DNA of 64,000 bases. Origin: Mobula hypostoma (taxonomy: Eukaryota). The stretch covers positions 159,280,001-159,344,000 of the forward strand of contig NC_086097.1 in the NCBI RefSeq assembly GCF_963921235.1, in the 5' to 3' direction. Made by a program: the position numbers and the translations under genes. Numbering within the stretch: the stretch's first letter is position 1; every line of letters starts with the position of its first letter. Of the stretch, positions 36,815-50,341 are shown in pieces. The notes beneath the pieces were generated by a model that searched no databases, had not been told where the DNA came from, and saw only the letters and a list, made by a program, of their open reading frames with translations.

Positions 36815-37830
36815 TACTTGGTGAACTGGTTTATTACTATCACATGTACCGACGTAAGGTGAGAAACTTATTTTGCATGTCATCGAGACTGAATATTTCA
36901 TTATAACAATGCATTGAAATAGTACAAGGGATAACAACACCAGTGTAGAACAAAGTGTTACGTTTACAGAGAAAGTGCTGCATAGGCAGACAATAAAGTG
37001 CAAGGGCATAATGAGATAGATTGTGAGGATAAGAATCTATCCTATTGTAGTGTCCTTCAGCCTGGTGGTAAATGCTTTCAGACTTCGTATCTTCTGTCTC
37101 CTGGAAGGGAGCAGAAGAGAGGATGTTCAGGCTGGGTAGGGTCTTTGATTATGCTGTCTGCTGCTTTCCGAGGGTGCAAGAAGGGTAGTTAAGAGTCCAT
37201 AGAAGGGAGGCTGGTTTCCATGATGTGTTGAGCTGTGCCTACAACTCTTTACAATTTCTTATGTGCGGAGCACTTGCCATATCAAACTCTGATACATTGG
37301 ATATTTGCTGCATCAATAAAAATTGGTGAGGGGACATGCCTATTTTCTTTCAGAAGCAGAGGTACTGGTGAGATTTATTGCCCACGGCTTCTATGTGCTT
37401 GGACCAGGATGGCCTATTGGGGATATTCACTCCTAGGAATTTGAAGGTCCCAATCCTCTCAACTTCACCACCATTGATGTAAACGGGAACCAATGCACTA
37501 ACCCCTCCTCCACTGCTTTCTGATCAGCTGTTTTGTTTTGTTGACATTGAGGGAAAGGTTGATGCCATAACACCATGTCGTTAAGCTCTCTATCTTCTTC
37601 CTGTACTCTGAGATTTGGTAAACTTGTATTTAAAATAGCAGCATCTGCAAACTTGTAGATGGACTTAGAGCAGAACCTGGCCACACAGTGGGAGTGTATA
37701 GAGAGCTGATGAAGCAGCCTTGTGAAGTGCCAGTCTTCAGACTAAATGTGATGGAGGTGTCTTTACTAACTCGAAGCTCCAGAGATGGCTGCAGGGCCAG
37801 GGAGGTGGCATCCATAGATAGAGAACAGAG
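36815..37830 (-). mobile_element. Rex1-type LINE fragment (old)
   Basis: SITFSLKTGTSQGCFISSLY, SIYKFADA (37433..37836); 3' UTR with GTACATGTGATAGTAATAAACCAGTT. Confidence 0.78.
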
Positions 37831-37928
37831 TGACAAGGATAGAAATTGATAATATATTGAAATTAAACACTACAGAGGGGAAAAAACTCAATGTTGAGCC
37901 TATGCACAAACAGAAGATTAAAAAAAAT

Positions 37929-38373
37929 ACTGGATTGGAGAGCATGCCTTATGAAAATAGGTTGAGCGAACTCGGCCTTTTCTCCTTGGAACGACAGAGG
38001 ATGAGAGGTGACCTGATAAAGTTGTATAAGATGATGAGACAGGCATTGATTTTGTGGATAGCCAGAGGCTTTTTCCCAGGGCTGAAATGGCTAACATGAG
38101 GGGGCATATTTTGAAGGTGCTTGGTCATAGATACAAGAGGGATGCCAGTGGTAAGTTTTTCACAGTGGGTGTGTGGAATGCACTACCAGTGAAGGTGGTA
38201 GAGGCAGATACAATAAGGTATTTTAAGAGACTCTTAGATAGTTACATAGAGCTGAGAAAAATAGAAGGCTATGCGGTACAGAAATTCTAGGCAGCTTCTA
38301 GAGTAGATTACATAGTTGGCACATCATTGTGGGCCGAAGGGCCTGTAATGTGCTGTAGGTTTCTATGTTTCTA
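37929..38373 (+). mobile_element. CR1 3' fragment (young; same family as 866-1599)
   Basis: [40 protein letters not shown]...WNALP; (TTCTATGT) tail. Confidence 0.93.
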
Positions 38374-38377
38374 TACC

Positions 38378-39405
38378 TCAGAATCAGGTTTATTATCACC
38401 GACATGTGTCATGAAATGTGTTAACTTAGCAGCTGCAGTTCAATGCAATACATGATAATATAGAAAGGAAAAAAAGTAAAAGTGTATATGTATACACACA
38501 CATATACACACTATATATATGTGCATTAAATAGATTAAATATAGTGCAAAAACAGAAATAATTTACACTATGTTAACAATAAGTGACATAGTGTCCAAGG
38601 GTTCAATGTCCATTTAGGAATTGTATGGCAGAGGGGAAGAAGCTGCCCTGAATCGCTGAGTGTGTGCCTTCAGGCTTCTGTACTTCCTTCCTGATGGCAA
38701 CAATGAGAAGAGGGCATGCCCTGGGTGATGGAGGTTCTTAATAATGGATGCCACCTTTCTGAGGCACCGCCCCTTGAAGATGTCTTGGATACTGCAAAGG
38801 CTAGTACCCAAGATGGAGCTGACTAATTTTGCAGCTTCTTTTGGTCCTGTGCAGTGGCCCTCCCCATACCAGACAATGATGCAGCCTGTCAGAATGCTCT
38901 CCACTGTTCATCTACAGAAGTTTTTGAGTGTTTTAGTTGACAAACAGATCTCCTCAAACTCCTAATGAAATATAGCTGCTGCCTTGCTCTCTGTATAGCT
39001 GCATCGATATGTTGGAACCTCAGAGATCTTGACACCCAGGAAATTGATATTGCTCATGCTCTTCAGTTCTGATCCCTCTGTGTGGATTGGTTTATGTTCC
39101 CTCCTCTTATGTGAAGTCCACGTTCAGCTCTTCCATCTTACTGACATTGAATGCAAGGTTATTGCTCCAACACCACTCAACTAGCTGGTATATCTCGCTC
39201 CTGTAGCCCTCTCATCTTCATCTGAGATCTACCAACAATGACTGTATCATTAGCAAATTTATAGTTGGCACTTGATCTGTACCTAGCAACACAGTCATTG
39301 GTGTAGAGGGAATAGAGCAATGGGCTAAGCATACACCCTTGAGTTGCGCCAGTGTTGATAATCAGCGAGGTAAGACATTATCACCAATCTGCACAGATCG
39401 TGGCC
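38378..39405 (-). mobile_element. Rex1-type LINE 3' fragment
   Basis: ESILTGCIIVWYG...CLRKVASIIK..HHPGHALFSLLPSGRKYRSLK; tail GTGATAATAAACCTGATTCTGA. Confidence 0.88.
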
Positions 39406-39409
39406 TCCC

Positions 39410-40050
39410 AATTCTTCACAAGTCCTCTGCCAAATACATATTCCTCTTCCTCCATTTTGAGTATTTAGAAGGGACCAGTTTTTACATAACTTGTTGGTCT
39501 ATTCTTCCACCCCCACTTACCATTTACCATTAGGGCACTTTCCCATGCAACCTCAGGAGACGCAATACTTCTTTACCTGATCACCATTCACGGACCTAAG
39601 CAGCCTTTTCAGATGAAGTAATGCTTCACTTTCACTTCTGCTGTACTGCATGCAGTGTCTTCAGAGTTCCTCTATATTGGAGAAACCCAGCTTAAATCTG
39701 GTGAATGCTTTGCGGTGTATGTGTGTTCAGAAGTAACCCAGAGTTTTGGTCTCTGGCATTTTAATTCACAATTCCACTCCCATTCTGACTTCTGTGTCTC
39801 TGTTCTCCTGCACAGTTACACCAAAGACATATGCAGGCTTGAAGAACAATATCTCACTTTCCATCTGAACACACTGAAGCCTTTTGGTTTCAATATCAAA
39901 TTTTACACATTTATACAATGCCCTCTTTCTGCCTGTGGCTCCCGATTCTGACGAAGGCTCTTGGAACTGAAAGGTTAGCTGCTTCCCTTTCCACAGCTGC
40001 TGTTTGTTTTACTGAACATTTTCAGCAATTCTGCTTTACTTTAGATTTCC
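39410..40050 (+). mobile_element. Penelope-like element 3' part (GIY-YIG remnant + pLTR)
   Basis: LYIGETQLKSGECF...HFNSQFHSHSD...RLEEQYLTFHLNTLKPFGFNIKF, then CTGACGAAGG...GAAA at 39948-39972 and the pLTR tail. Confidence 0.82.
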
Positions 40051-41102
40051 AGAATATGCATTTCTTTTTAAAGTTTGAAACACATACATACATTGGAGTG
40101 AAGTACTGCAAAACTGATGGGGATAGCAATGGGAGGCAGGACAGACATCACAGAATGCCTGTAGTAAATGATACAATTGTGTAGATAAATGGCAGATGTT
40201 ATTTAATATACAGTACATAAGTATAGAGTCATGAACATGAGGCACAAATGAGCACTTGCTCTGGAACTGAAAGAACTGCTGTACTATTCTATGTTCTATG
40301 TTCTATAAGGATATTGGAAAACTCAATGATTATTGCTATTCTGCAGTCCATTGCCAATTGCTGCTTGGAAGGCTAAATGTTTCAAGTAAGTATCAGTAGC
40401 ACCTGAACAACTTGGATCTCAGTTTATGAAAGTCAAAGATAAAGCTAAGGCACTTGTAACTTCAAGGTGTTAAGAAGTAAAGCTACAACAGGCCACAAAA
40501 TCTCTGATCTGTCTTGGTTACAGTATATATGTCATTATTCCAGTGAAATGTTTATTTGGTGGAAGTTTCAACCATAGAATGTTGGTCAGATACTTAGGAA
40601 TAATAACAATAATATCTTCATAGAGGTAATATGGTATATTTGAAAAGACAAGGCTATTTTTTGATTTGTTGCTAAGTTACTTAACCAGCTGCTGACTCAA
40701 TCGCTCTCCTTACCTACAAAACCAGCTGCAGGTAATCTTGGTGTCATATTTTCCTGAGATTGGGGTTTAATCACATAACTATGACATTGCTGGTTGCTTA
40801 ATTTTCTCCATTAGATCATGTGATTCTGCCTCTGGTTCAGTTCGTCTGTTCCTGAAATCATGTCTTTTACCCCTAGTTTCGGGTATAGCTGAAGCATTAT
40901 TGAATTCAATATTTTACATGTATTAAGCACAGCTGAAGACTATCCTTTTGAAGGGTAGACATTGCTGTAAATGGGAAACATTGCAGCTGGCTATCCTACA
41001 ATATGGTCTCATAGGCAGCAATGTAATAACAATTCGATCATCAGTTTTAGTGACATTGAATGAAGATCAAGTCAATAGGCAGGGAATATTAGATATTTTA
41101 GA

Positions 41103-41305
41103 GAAAAACACAAAAAGCTGGAGGAACTCTGCAGGCTGGGCAGTATTTATGTAGAAAAATCCACCTGAATTTCATCTTCATCTTAAGCTTTTCATGTGAA
41201 CTCAACCCATTTGACTGTCTCAAGCTTTCCCTCCAGAAATGCTGCTTGAGTTCCTTCAGATTTTTGTGTGTTGCTCCAGATTTCAACATTTGCAGTCTTT
41301 TGTGA
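41103..41305. mobile_element. Decayed inverted Penelope pLTR pair
   Basis: ACACAAAAAGCTGGAGGAACTC on the left and GAGTTCCTTCAGATTTTTGTGTGTTGCTCCAGATTTC on the right are reverse-complementary. Confidence 0.7.
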
Positions 41306-43944
41306 CTCCATAGTTAGATATTTTGGTTGTTGTCAAGTAGGAAACATCTGAAGCACTACAGGGTGTAAGGCAATTCTTTGAATGTGTACTGTGGACAAAT
41401 GTATGCATTTTCTCCAGTCATCATGTAAAAACAATAGAGTCACTAAGTGTATGAATGGATACCTTGACTAGAAAAATGCAAGGTTCAAAAATTACAGAGA
41501 ATTCCTTTATAAATGAATTTATTTCCATTGTCATAACATGATTCTAAACTTTTCACTAACACCGAATTATGTCAATTTATGACAGAGAATAAATCTGCTC
41601 AAACCTTCTTGAAAATTGTAATTTAGCATATTCTCTTTGATTCTCCACCCCATTGCCGTTGTTAGTTCAATTCAAGAAACAAAAGTTTGCTGAGGATATT
41701 CAAAGTTATTAAATATTTGTTACATTAAATTCATTGAACTTGAGGTTTAGATTGTAATTGTATTTTATAAATGGATTTTCCTTTTGCTGGCCTCTTAAAT
41801 CAAAAGAAAAACAAGTATCATGAATATTTGCAAAAGCAGTTAATGTTTTTTCAGCCAGTCTTCCAACATCACCCCTCTCCCCTCCTGTACCTGGACCAAT
41901 CTGCCCATCATCTTTCTACCCTTCCTTACAATACTAATAACTTTAGGCTCCTGTCTCACACACTTCCCCTCCTCTTTATACTGACCATCTCCCCTCTTCA
42001 CTCACCATCCAGGTGCAGCCAGCCAGCTTTCAAATACAAGTAGGCTGTAACAACGTCAGCAAAAGAAAACATTTCAAAGCAGATTTTACCATTGGCTACT
42101 GCTGGCAAGACAAGAAAAGTAGAGAAAGGTAGCAGAAATGATATAAAAACCTATGCATTAAATGCCTTTAGGGAAGGAAGAGACATGCTGAGCTTGGTGC
42201 AGCCACTGCAAAGTCTCTGTGAGGGTGTTAATAGTGTATGATTCTCTTTTGCCTTTAGGCACAGAGACTGGGGTCCCTGAAGCCTATTGTTGGAATATCT
42301 AGGAGTGGAAAATTGATGTCGTGTTGGCCTAATGTAAGTATTGAAGTGAATGCAATAATATGCTTGGTATAGTGATTAAAGACAATGCAGTGTCCTGTAC
42401 TGTGTAACTGTGTACGCTATGAATAAAGTATAGTGCTGAAGAGAACAATCTGTCATTCTTGACTGCTCTACCTTGTATTTATCCCCAAAGCCATAGCAAT
42501 GTGCTTAACTCATAATTGCCCTTTGAAATTGCCATTCTGTTCTGGGTAGTTAGGTACGGGTGATAAATTTTGCATCTCCCATTGACACCCACAGCCATAA
42601 AAAGTTTACAATAAGGATGTTTATATCCAAAGATGCCAGTGTGCCTCATCTCTTTTAGTCACCCAATCTGTTGCTGAATGTGGGGAGTGAGAATAATGTT
42701 TCCAGTGTGGAAAGATGCTTCCCTTAGTTTTTTTCCCATTGCCATCATTTGCTTTATAAGGGGGACATTTAAATGACAAATATGAAGCTCTCAGAGATGT
42801 AAGTATGGTGCAGCTGAATCTTTAGTGATCCTCTGCCTGCTTCTGTGTCCCAGAACAGCCGTAAAAGGATGTAGCACCTCTGTCAATTGTCAGAAGGATA
42901 ATTGATTGCAAGCCTTAAATTTTTGCTAGAAACGAGGTAATGGGATGAGTTTTCTCCCCATTGTGTAAATCTGAATTATAAATGATGCTCACAAATGCAA
43001 AGTTAATTACAGCAATTTAAGGTATTTAGAGCTGGATATTGCTCATCCAATTAGGTTAATGCAAACTAACAAAGGAGATTTAATAAACTTTAGGAACAGC
43101 GCAGACAGAGTTTTCAGAGGAATCTGGTTAGGGAATAGCACAATGTGGCAAGTATTACAAAGGTAATAATGAAGAAAGCAGACTGACACTGAGGTAGGCA
43201 GACTTTAGAAGCCATGTCAAAGATCAATTCCCAAAGCCTGGAAGTGGCAAACTGCAGAGGAGTTCCAAGCTTGTTCATGTAGCTGTTAGTATGCTACTCA
43301 AAGAAAAGGGGTCATGTATTTTTAGACTAACATATACCAAAGTGACACATTTAATGCTGGAAGCCTACTTTGCCATTGTAAACTCCTAAAGTGTACTTTG
43401 CCTGCCCAGAGAATAATCTTGGAAATTGAATGCTAATCTTACACTGAAAGACACTGAACCTGGATAAGGCTGTGACACTTTAAACTGTTATACATTGTCG
43501 TGTTGAGTTCAGCCACCATCCTGCTGTAATTCTGAAAATCAAGTTTATTGCAGTGCTCATGAGAATTTAGTTCTTATTGATTTATTACTTGCTTCTTTGG
43601 AACAATGTTATCTACAATTCCGAACCACTGTGATGGCAAGTTGTAGTCAAATAAAAGTGGTTTTCAGCTCCCTGCATTCCATCAGTCATGTTATTTATGC
43701 AATAGAGTCACTTACTAAATGTATGGGACAATACCGTAAGTGAATGTGTGTATTCCCATTGGGCCATGCAGTATGAACCTAAGTTTCCAAACCAATGGCA
43801 AAATCAAAGCTATTATGCTTTTGAGTGGCAGGCAGGAATAGGATTGGAGCATGCGAGGTGCACATTTTTTTGAAGTACAGTTAACATTATAAAATTTAAC
43901 CCCAACTGTCAAAACTACACACATTTTGTGTGTCGCACTCACCT

Positions 43945-45218
43945 CAATAATAAGCAGATGCTTTGAGAGGCTGGTCAAGGATTACATCTGCAGCTTGCTG
44001 CTACCCAAACTGGACCCCTTACAATTCGCCTACTGACACAACTGATCAACAGACGATGCATTAGCCACCGCTCTACATACCGTCCTTACACATCTGGAGA
44101 AGAAGGATGCTTATGTGAGAATGCTGTTCTTGGACTACAGTTCAGCATTCAACACCATAATTCCATCCAGGCTCAACAGAAAGCTGAGAGACCTCGGCCT
44201 TGACCCTTCTTTGTGTAGCTGGACCTTGGACTTCCTGTCAGATCGCTGGCAGGTGGTAAGAGTGGGCTCCTTCACCTCCACCTCTCTGACTCTCAACACA
44301 GGAGTCCCTCAGGGCTGTGTACTAAGTCCCCCCCTTTACTCCCTGTATACTCATGACGGTGTTGCCACCCACAGCTCTAACCTGCTAATTAAATTTGCCG
44401 ACAATGCTACATTGATTGGCCGAATCTCAAACAATAATGAGCAGGGAAGAGATCATCTCTCTGACACAGTGGTCTCAAGAAAACAACCTCTCCCTCAATG
44501 TCGCAAAAACAAAGGAGCTGATTGCGGATTACAGAAGGAATGGAGATGGGCTAACCCTTAATGACATCAATGGATCTGGGGTTGAGAGGGTAAACAGTTT
44601 CAAATTCCTCGGCATCCACATTACCGAGGACCTCATATGGTCTGTACTCACCAGCTGTGTGGTGAAAAAGGCACAACAGTGCCTCTTTCACCTCAGCAGG
44701 TTGAGGAAGTTTGGTATGGGCCCCCAAATCCTAAGAACTTTCTACAGGGACATGATTGAGAGCATCCTGACTGGCTACATCACTGCCTGGTATGGGAACT
44801 GTACCTCCTTAATCACAGAGATCTGCAGAGAGTGGTGTGAACAGCCCAGCGCATCTGTAGTTGTGAATTCCCCATGATTCAGGATATTTATGAAGACAGG
44901 TGTGAATAAAGGGCCCGAAGGATCATTGGGAACCTGAGTAACACCAACCACAGTCTATTCCAGCTGCTACCATCTGGGAAACGGTACTGCAACATAAAAA
45001 CCAGGACCACCAGACACCAGTTCAGCTTCTTCCACCAGGCCATCAGATTGATTAACTTATGCTGATTTGATTGTATTTCTATGTTCATTGACTGTTCTGT
45101 TTATTATAAATTATTATAATTTACTATGATTGCACATTGCACATTTAGACGGAGACATAACTTAAAGATTTTTACTCCTCATGTATGTGAAGGGTATAAG
45201 AAATAATTCAATTCAATT
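43945..45218 (+). mobile_element. Rex1/Babar LINE RT + 3' UTR (relatively young)
   Basis: [16 protein letters not shown]...WTLDFL...[18 protein letters not shown]...[27 protein letters not shown]; (AATTC)n tail. Confidence 0.94.
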
Positions 45219-45574
45219 TTAGCTGTACAGTCATACTTAGGTTAAGAATGCCCAATTTATGATAAACCTTACATATGAATGAGCTCCCATATTAAATTCA
45301 AAAGTTATATCCATTCCCATAAATGGTAGAACTAGTTTCATTTTTTTTGTTTTCACTTCTAATAATCTTTTTTTTTAATCAGTCTGACATGCTTTTGATC
45401 CCATGCATTGCTATTCTGTGGAGGTATGATTACCACGTTGAGTCATTTTTCTTTATTTTCTGACTTATGACAAAATTGACTGGTAGGTATCTGTAAAAAT
45501 GGAACGATTTTATACACAACCACAACCTTTATGGATCTAAAGCATAAATACTTACATGGTCCTAGGCAGGTGAT

Positions 45575-46265
45575 ACAGAACACAAACGTCCCACATCACC
45601 AGTTTCAAGAACAGTTATTTCCTTTCTTCTCATCAGCTCAGTATAACAGGATTATGAGTACTTTCATCATTTTGCACTCTACTAGCCTGTTTTTTGCTCC
45701 AAATGTGTTCTTTCTTGAAAAAATTATCGATAATTTATACTTAATTTATATTTTCCTAATGAATTCTGCTCATGTGATCATTTGTGCCTGTGACACTGCT
45801 TCAGTTTTTCATTGCACTTGTGCATATGGCAATAAACTTGACTTTGACTTGGATTTTGATAGGGAGAAAAACTAGAGGTGAAAAAAGAAGGAACATACTG
45901 TACCATCGAGAGAGAGGAGGTACAGGAGGAGTCTTGGTTCCCACACTGCCGGATTCGGGAGCAGCTGTTGCCTGCCGTCATTGGGCACCTGGGCTGGCTT
46001 CACTCGCCTCTGTGCAGAACTGACTCAAGAGTCGTGGACTCACTTTTGGGGACTCTTTTACTCATGTACCTTGTATTATTTGTTTACTATTTTTATTACT
46101 TGCGTGATTTTTCCTCTTTTCCCAATGAGATGCTTGTCAGCTTTCGTTGTGTGCAATTTTTTTTTCTGGATTCTACTGCATTTGTTTGCTTTGTGGCTGC
46201 CTGAGAGAAAACGAATCTCAAGGTTGTATAGGGCATGCTTACTTGGATAATAAATTTAATTTGAA
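45575..46265 (+). mobile_element. Two tandem Rex1-type 3' end fragments
   Basis: Tails AATAAACTTGACTTTGACTT (45831-45850) and AATCTCAAGGTTGTATA...AATAAATTTAATTTGAA (46214-46265). Confidence 0.7.
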
Positions 46266-47421
46266 AAGTAGGGCTGTGTTGGAAGATGTAGTAAGTTACA
46301 AGTGAGAGAAAGCAAGACTGATGGAGCTGAAGCCAACCCCTCAAAAAGTGTGTGTAATGTCATGACAATCATAGAATGATATAACATATATTTGATCATT
46401 CAGCTCACCATGTACTGTCTGTGCTAGTTCTTTGAACTATCTCTCTATTAGTGTAACTTTGTGTTTTGGTCCAGTTCTGGAAATCAAGACTTTTTAACTG
46501 TATGCCTAAAAGTTGAGACGGTGTCCTTAGGGAAGAGCAGGAAAATATATTAAAAGTGAATCTTAACTCAGCAAACACTGTTCAAATAAAAGCTTTATTG
46601 ATTAAAAAAAAATCCACCTGGTCAACACTGGTAATTAAATTGAAGTAGGTCACTGGAGGGTTTTGGATGCTTCAACATTAACCACAAGGAAGCATTGAGG
46701 ATCTATTTGGAATCTGTATTGAGCTAGATACTGATTAACTGGAATTGTATACACCATCCTAGAAGAGAATTTGAATAAATTGTGTAAATATTGTGAAAAG
46801 AAACAAAAAAAAACTCATGTTGGGTTGAAAATTGATCAATGCTACTTCTTTTCAGAACTAAAATACATGTTTTATAAAGCTTTATTTATAAAGTTTTATA
46901 ATGGATGTTCTGGTTCCAGTCATTTCCTGTCTGACCCCAAGACTGTTAATTAGTTAATAATACTGAACTTTGGACAGAGTAGCCTATTTCATTCAGGGAG
47001 TGACTTTGAAAGTCTGAAGCTGATAGAAGAACAGATCTAAAGTAGTTGGGAATAAAGTGATTGGCCAGAAAAGACAAAAGGATACAGTAAGAGAAGGGAA
47101 GAATCTCAGTCAGAAGCTTCGATAAGTCTTGATTCCAAAATGAAAGGTTGTATATGGTAAAAATAAATACAGAATTATGCATTTTCCATCAAAGATGGCC
47201 TTGTATCTTTTTATTATGTCTTTCATATTTAGTACCTCTGATAAAACAGTGGAACAGGGTTGTTGTTTAGAGCACACCTGTGCAATATATTGGCAGGCAG
47301 AATGCCATTAGAGCCAAACACATCTACAAGTTTTGGGTACACCACATAGGATGTGGTGGCACCCAAAGGTGCATGATCTGTTTATCAAACTTGTCCTCTC
47401 TCTTTTAAAGAATGTTCCTAA

Positions 47422-48174
47422 AGGCTGATTTATACTTGTGCGTACTAGCTTATGCCGCAGTGTACGCAAGTGGGTTACGCTGTTGTGAGCATTTATACTT
47501 GTGCGTTGGTGTGTCTGCGTTGCTCTGCAATTTACCACCAAAACGCTAGTTGGCGGTGAGGTTTTTATGCCACTGTGTTGAGTTTCTTCGTGTTGAACTC
47601 AACACGAAGGAACTCAAACTTCAAACAATGGGGACTGAAACTGAAGGAGGGTGAATTTTCTGTGCTTGTCCGGCCAGTGAGAGACATGGACAAGGAAATG
47701 CATTTCAAATATTTTTGGATGTCGGCAGGTAGATTTGACGATTTGGTTCATTGCCTCCAACCATTTATTTTGCATCAGTGTACGCATAGTATACTCAGAG
47801 ACTGGCAATCACCATTTGAGTTTTAGATTCAGGTGGAAGTCAACAGGCTGTAGCAGCTAGGTACAAACTGGTGTCAAGCACAGGGTCCTCCATAATTTCG
47901 GAGGTCTGTAAAGCTTTATGGAAAGCATTGCAGCCAGAGTTCCTTCCCTGCCCTTCAATCGCCCAATGGCAAGCTATTGCAGCGTAGGAGGAAATGCGAT
48001 ACTACCAAGCAGACCAATCACAGTTGTTGTGGTCTGCGACACTGCGACACGTAGTTACATTTTGGGAGAGGTGTGCGTTAGGCTATGGCATAGGGTTCAG
48101 CGTAGATACAGCGTAGGGTTCATGGCTACGCTGAACCTACGGTGTATATTTGACACACAAGTATAAATCAGCTT
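47422..48174 (+). mobile_element. PIF/Harbinger transposon, internally deleted
   Basis: TIRs AGGCTGATTTATACTTGTG / CACAAGTATAAATCAGCTT; TAA on both sides; HARBI1-like N-terminal remnant [16 protein letters not shown]...ERLAIT...[21 protein letters not shown]. Confidence 0.9.
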
Positions 48175-48591
48175 TAATAGCCATAAACCCCCAACAATTC
48201 AAACGGGTTCAGCAATAATCTCTCTACATTTGTACTTATTCAGTTCCCGTTTGAAAATTATTAGTAAATTTGCATCCACCACCTTTTCAGTCAGTGCATT
48301 CCAAATCATAACTTCATCCATAAATCGTTCGTCTCAAGTGTCCTTTTGTGCTTTTTGGAGCTTTTTTTCCTGATAAAATAGCACAGAGAAATTTGCTGTG
48401 AATGAATTAAATATTTGTACAATACAATGCTCAGTCATTGCTAGGTATATGGACCCCAGTGCAGCACACATCAACATATATTGGGTAATATGAATCAATA
48501 AATAGCAAGGAATCGTGCAACTCAGAAACAGGTTCAACAGCCCACCATATTCATGCTGACCTTCAAGAACTGATCTACAAAAAGAATGCAA

Positions 48592-48802
48592 TGACGTAGG
48601 AGCAGGAGTATGTCATCAGGCACCTCAGGCCTGCCCTGTCATTTAATATAAACATAGTTAATCTATGCATGCCGCAATTTCTCTTCTGCGGCAATTCCTC
48701 ATAACTTTCAGTTCCTTGACCTTTCAAATAATTTTCCATCTCTACCTTAAATATATCTAATGATCTGGCCTCCACTGCTCTCAGGGACAGAGTGTTCCAG
48801 AG
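48592..48802 (-). mobile_element. CR1 3' end fragment
   Basis: LWNTLSLRAVEARSLDIFKVEMENYL (48575..48838) plus a CR1 3' UTR. Confidence 0.82.
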
Positions 48803-48951
48803 GTCTGTATCAGTTCCATTGATCAGCACTTGCTTCATAGCCTTCTATGCCTTGTGTTCAATATTTAAATGCTATGAAAGTTTCTGCCTACACCATACAG
48901 AATATTCCAGATTTTGGACACTCTCTGGGTAGAAATTTCCTTCCTCATATC

Positions 48952-49750
48952 CAATGTTCCCTCTGTGTGCGCATGTGCATGCCCACACACCTTTTGCTAC
49001 AAGCGCACAAAGGAATTAAAGTGCGCACAAAAGGTTATCACCCTCTACCTCGTTCTCATGTTAAGTATATTTCATGATCGTACACAATAAGATTTCCTTT
49101 TCCAGTTTCTGATGCGGACGGTGCTGACAACCTGGAGTTTGTGATAATTTCCTTGCAGATTTTAGAACTGACCTATTTATACTATTTATATTAAATTATT
49201 GATTCACTATGTCAAATTCAACACAAGCAAAGGAAGTGAAGTGCAAGACAACTGCTAGTTCATTTAAAGTGGAATGGCTTAATGAAACAGTGGAAACTGT
49301 TACACTGAAAGCTCATGAGGTCAGGAACTATGAGAAATATCTATGCACGGTACAGAAACTGGTGTTACCTATATGTATTGCCGAGATGCAAACGTTGCTG
49401 GAGAATTTGTAAGTGGAAAGAAGTGCAGTGATATTTGGAACCTTGATTTTTTAAAGTGTCATTTGATAAGCTATTTACATATGGTTGATGTGCAAAAGCT
49501 CAGATGAGAAAATCCTTCATTACCTGCTACAGGCCTGCTACGTATGTCTTGTGAGAGTTTAGATGAATGAGAATGAAAACGATCAAACCCAGAGGAGATC
49601 AAAGTTCTCATTGACAGTGTCCTGCTAACTGTTAAAATGAATACCTCTATGTATAAAATTCAGTGCATGCATGTTGTTGTCACTGGGCAAGAAATTGAAC
49701 GGCACAAGATTTTAGCACAAACTGGTCATTACAAATTAGAGGGAACGTTG
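48952..49750 (+). mobile_element. Non-autonomous hAT element
   Basis: TIRs CAATGTTCCCTCT / AGAGGGAACGTTG; 8-bp TSD CTCATATC vs CTCATGTT (6/8 match); internal N-terminal remnant SFKVEWL...; sits inside a CR1 fragment. Confidence 0.85.
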
Positions 49751-49807
49751 CTCATGTTCTCTCTAAACCTCCTACTTAAATGCATATACCCTTGGACAGT
49801 AGCAGAA

Positions 49808-50150
49808 GGGGCTGCACACTAGCGTAGTGGTTAGTGCAATAATTTACAACACCAGTGATCACCAATCAGGATTCAATTCCTGCTGTTGTTTGTAAGGAGT
49901 TTTTATGATCTCCCCTTGACCATGTAGATTTCCTTTGGATGGTCTGGTTTCCACTTACATTCCAAAGATGTCCAGTTAGGGATAGCATTAATGAATTGTG
50001 GGCATGTATGTTGGTGCAAGAAGTGTGGCAATACTTCCCCAGCTGCCCCCAGCACAATCCTCAAACCATATCAGTCGTTGATGCAAAATGATGCATCTCA
50101 CTCTATGTTTCAATGTGCATGTGACAAATAAAGATAATTTTTAATCTATC
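49808..50150 (+). mobile_element. tRNA-derived SINE (V-SINE-like) with LINE-type tail
   Basis: A box TAGCGTAGTGG, B box GATTCAATTCC, V-domain-like TGTAAGGAGTTT...TTTCC...CATTCCAAAGA, tail CATGTGACAAATAAAG. Confidence 0.82.
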
Positions 50151-50274
50151 TGTCTTTAGACATCTCACTAACTGATCTGATTCCTAAAGAGACATTGAAT
50201 CCATGAACACTACCTCACATTTTTATATTATATTATTTCTGTTTTGCACTATTTTTAATCTAATTATTTAATAT

Positions 50275-50276
<2 letters not shown>

Positions 50277-50340
<64 letters not shown>
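50277..50340. repeat. Compound (AC)n(AT)n microsatellite within a LINE 3' UTR remnant
   Basis: Repeat read directly; flanks CCATGAACACTACCTCAC...AATTTCATGACACATG resemble the UTR at 62630-62650 and 63490-63540. Confidence 0.9.
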
Positions 50341-50341
<1 letters not shown>

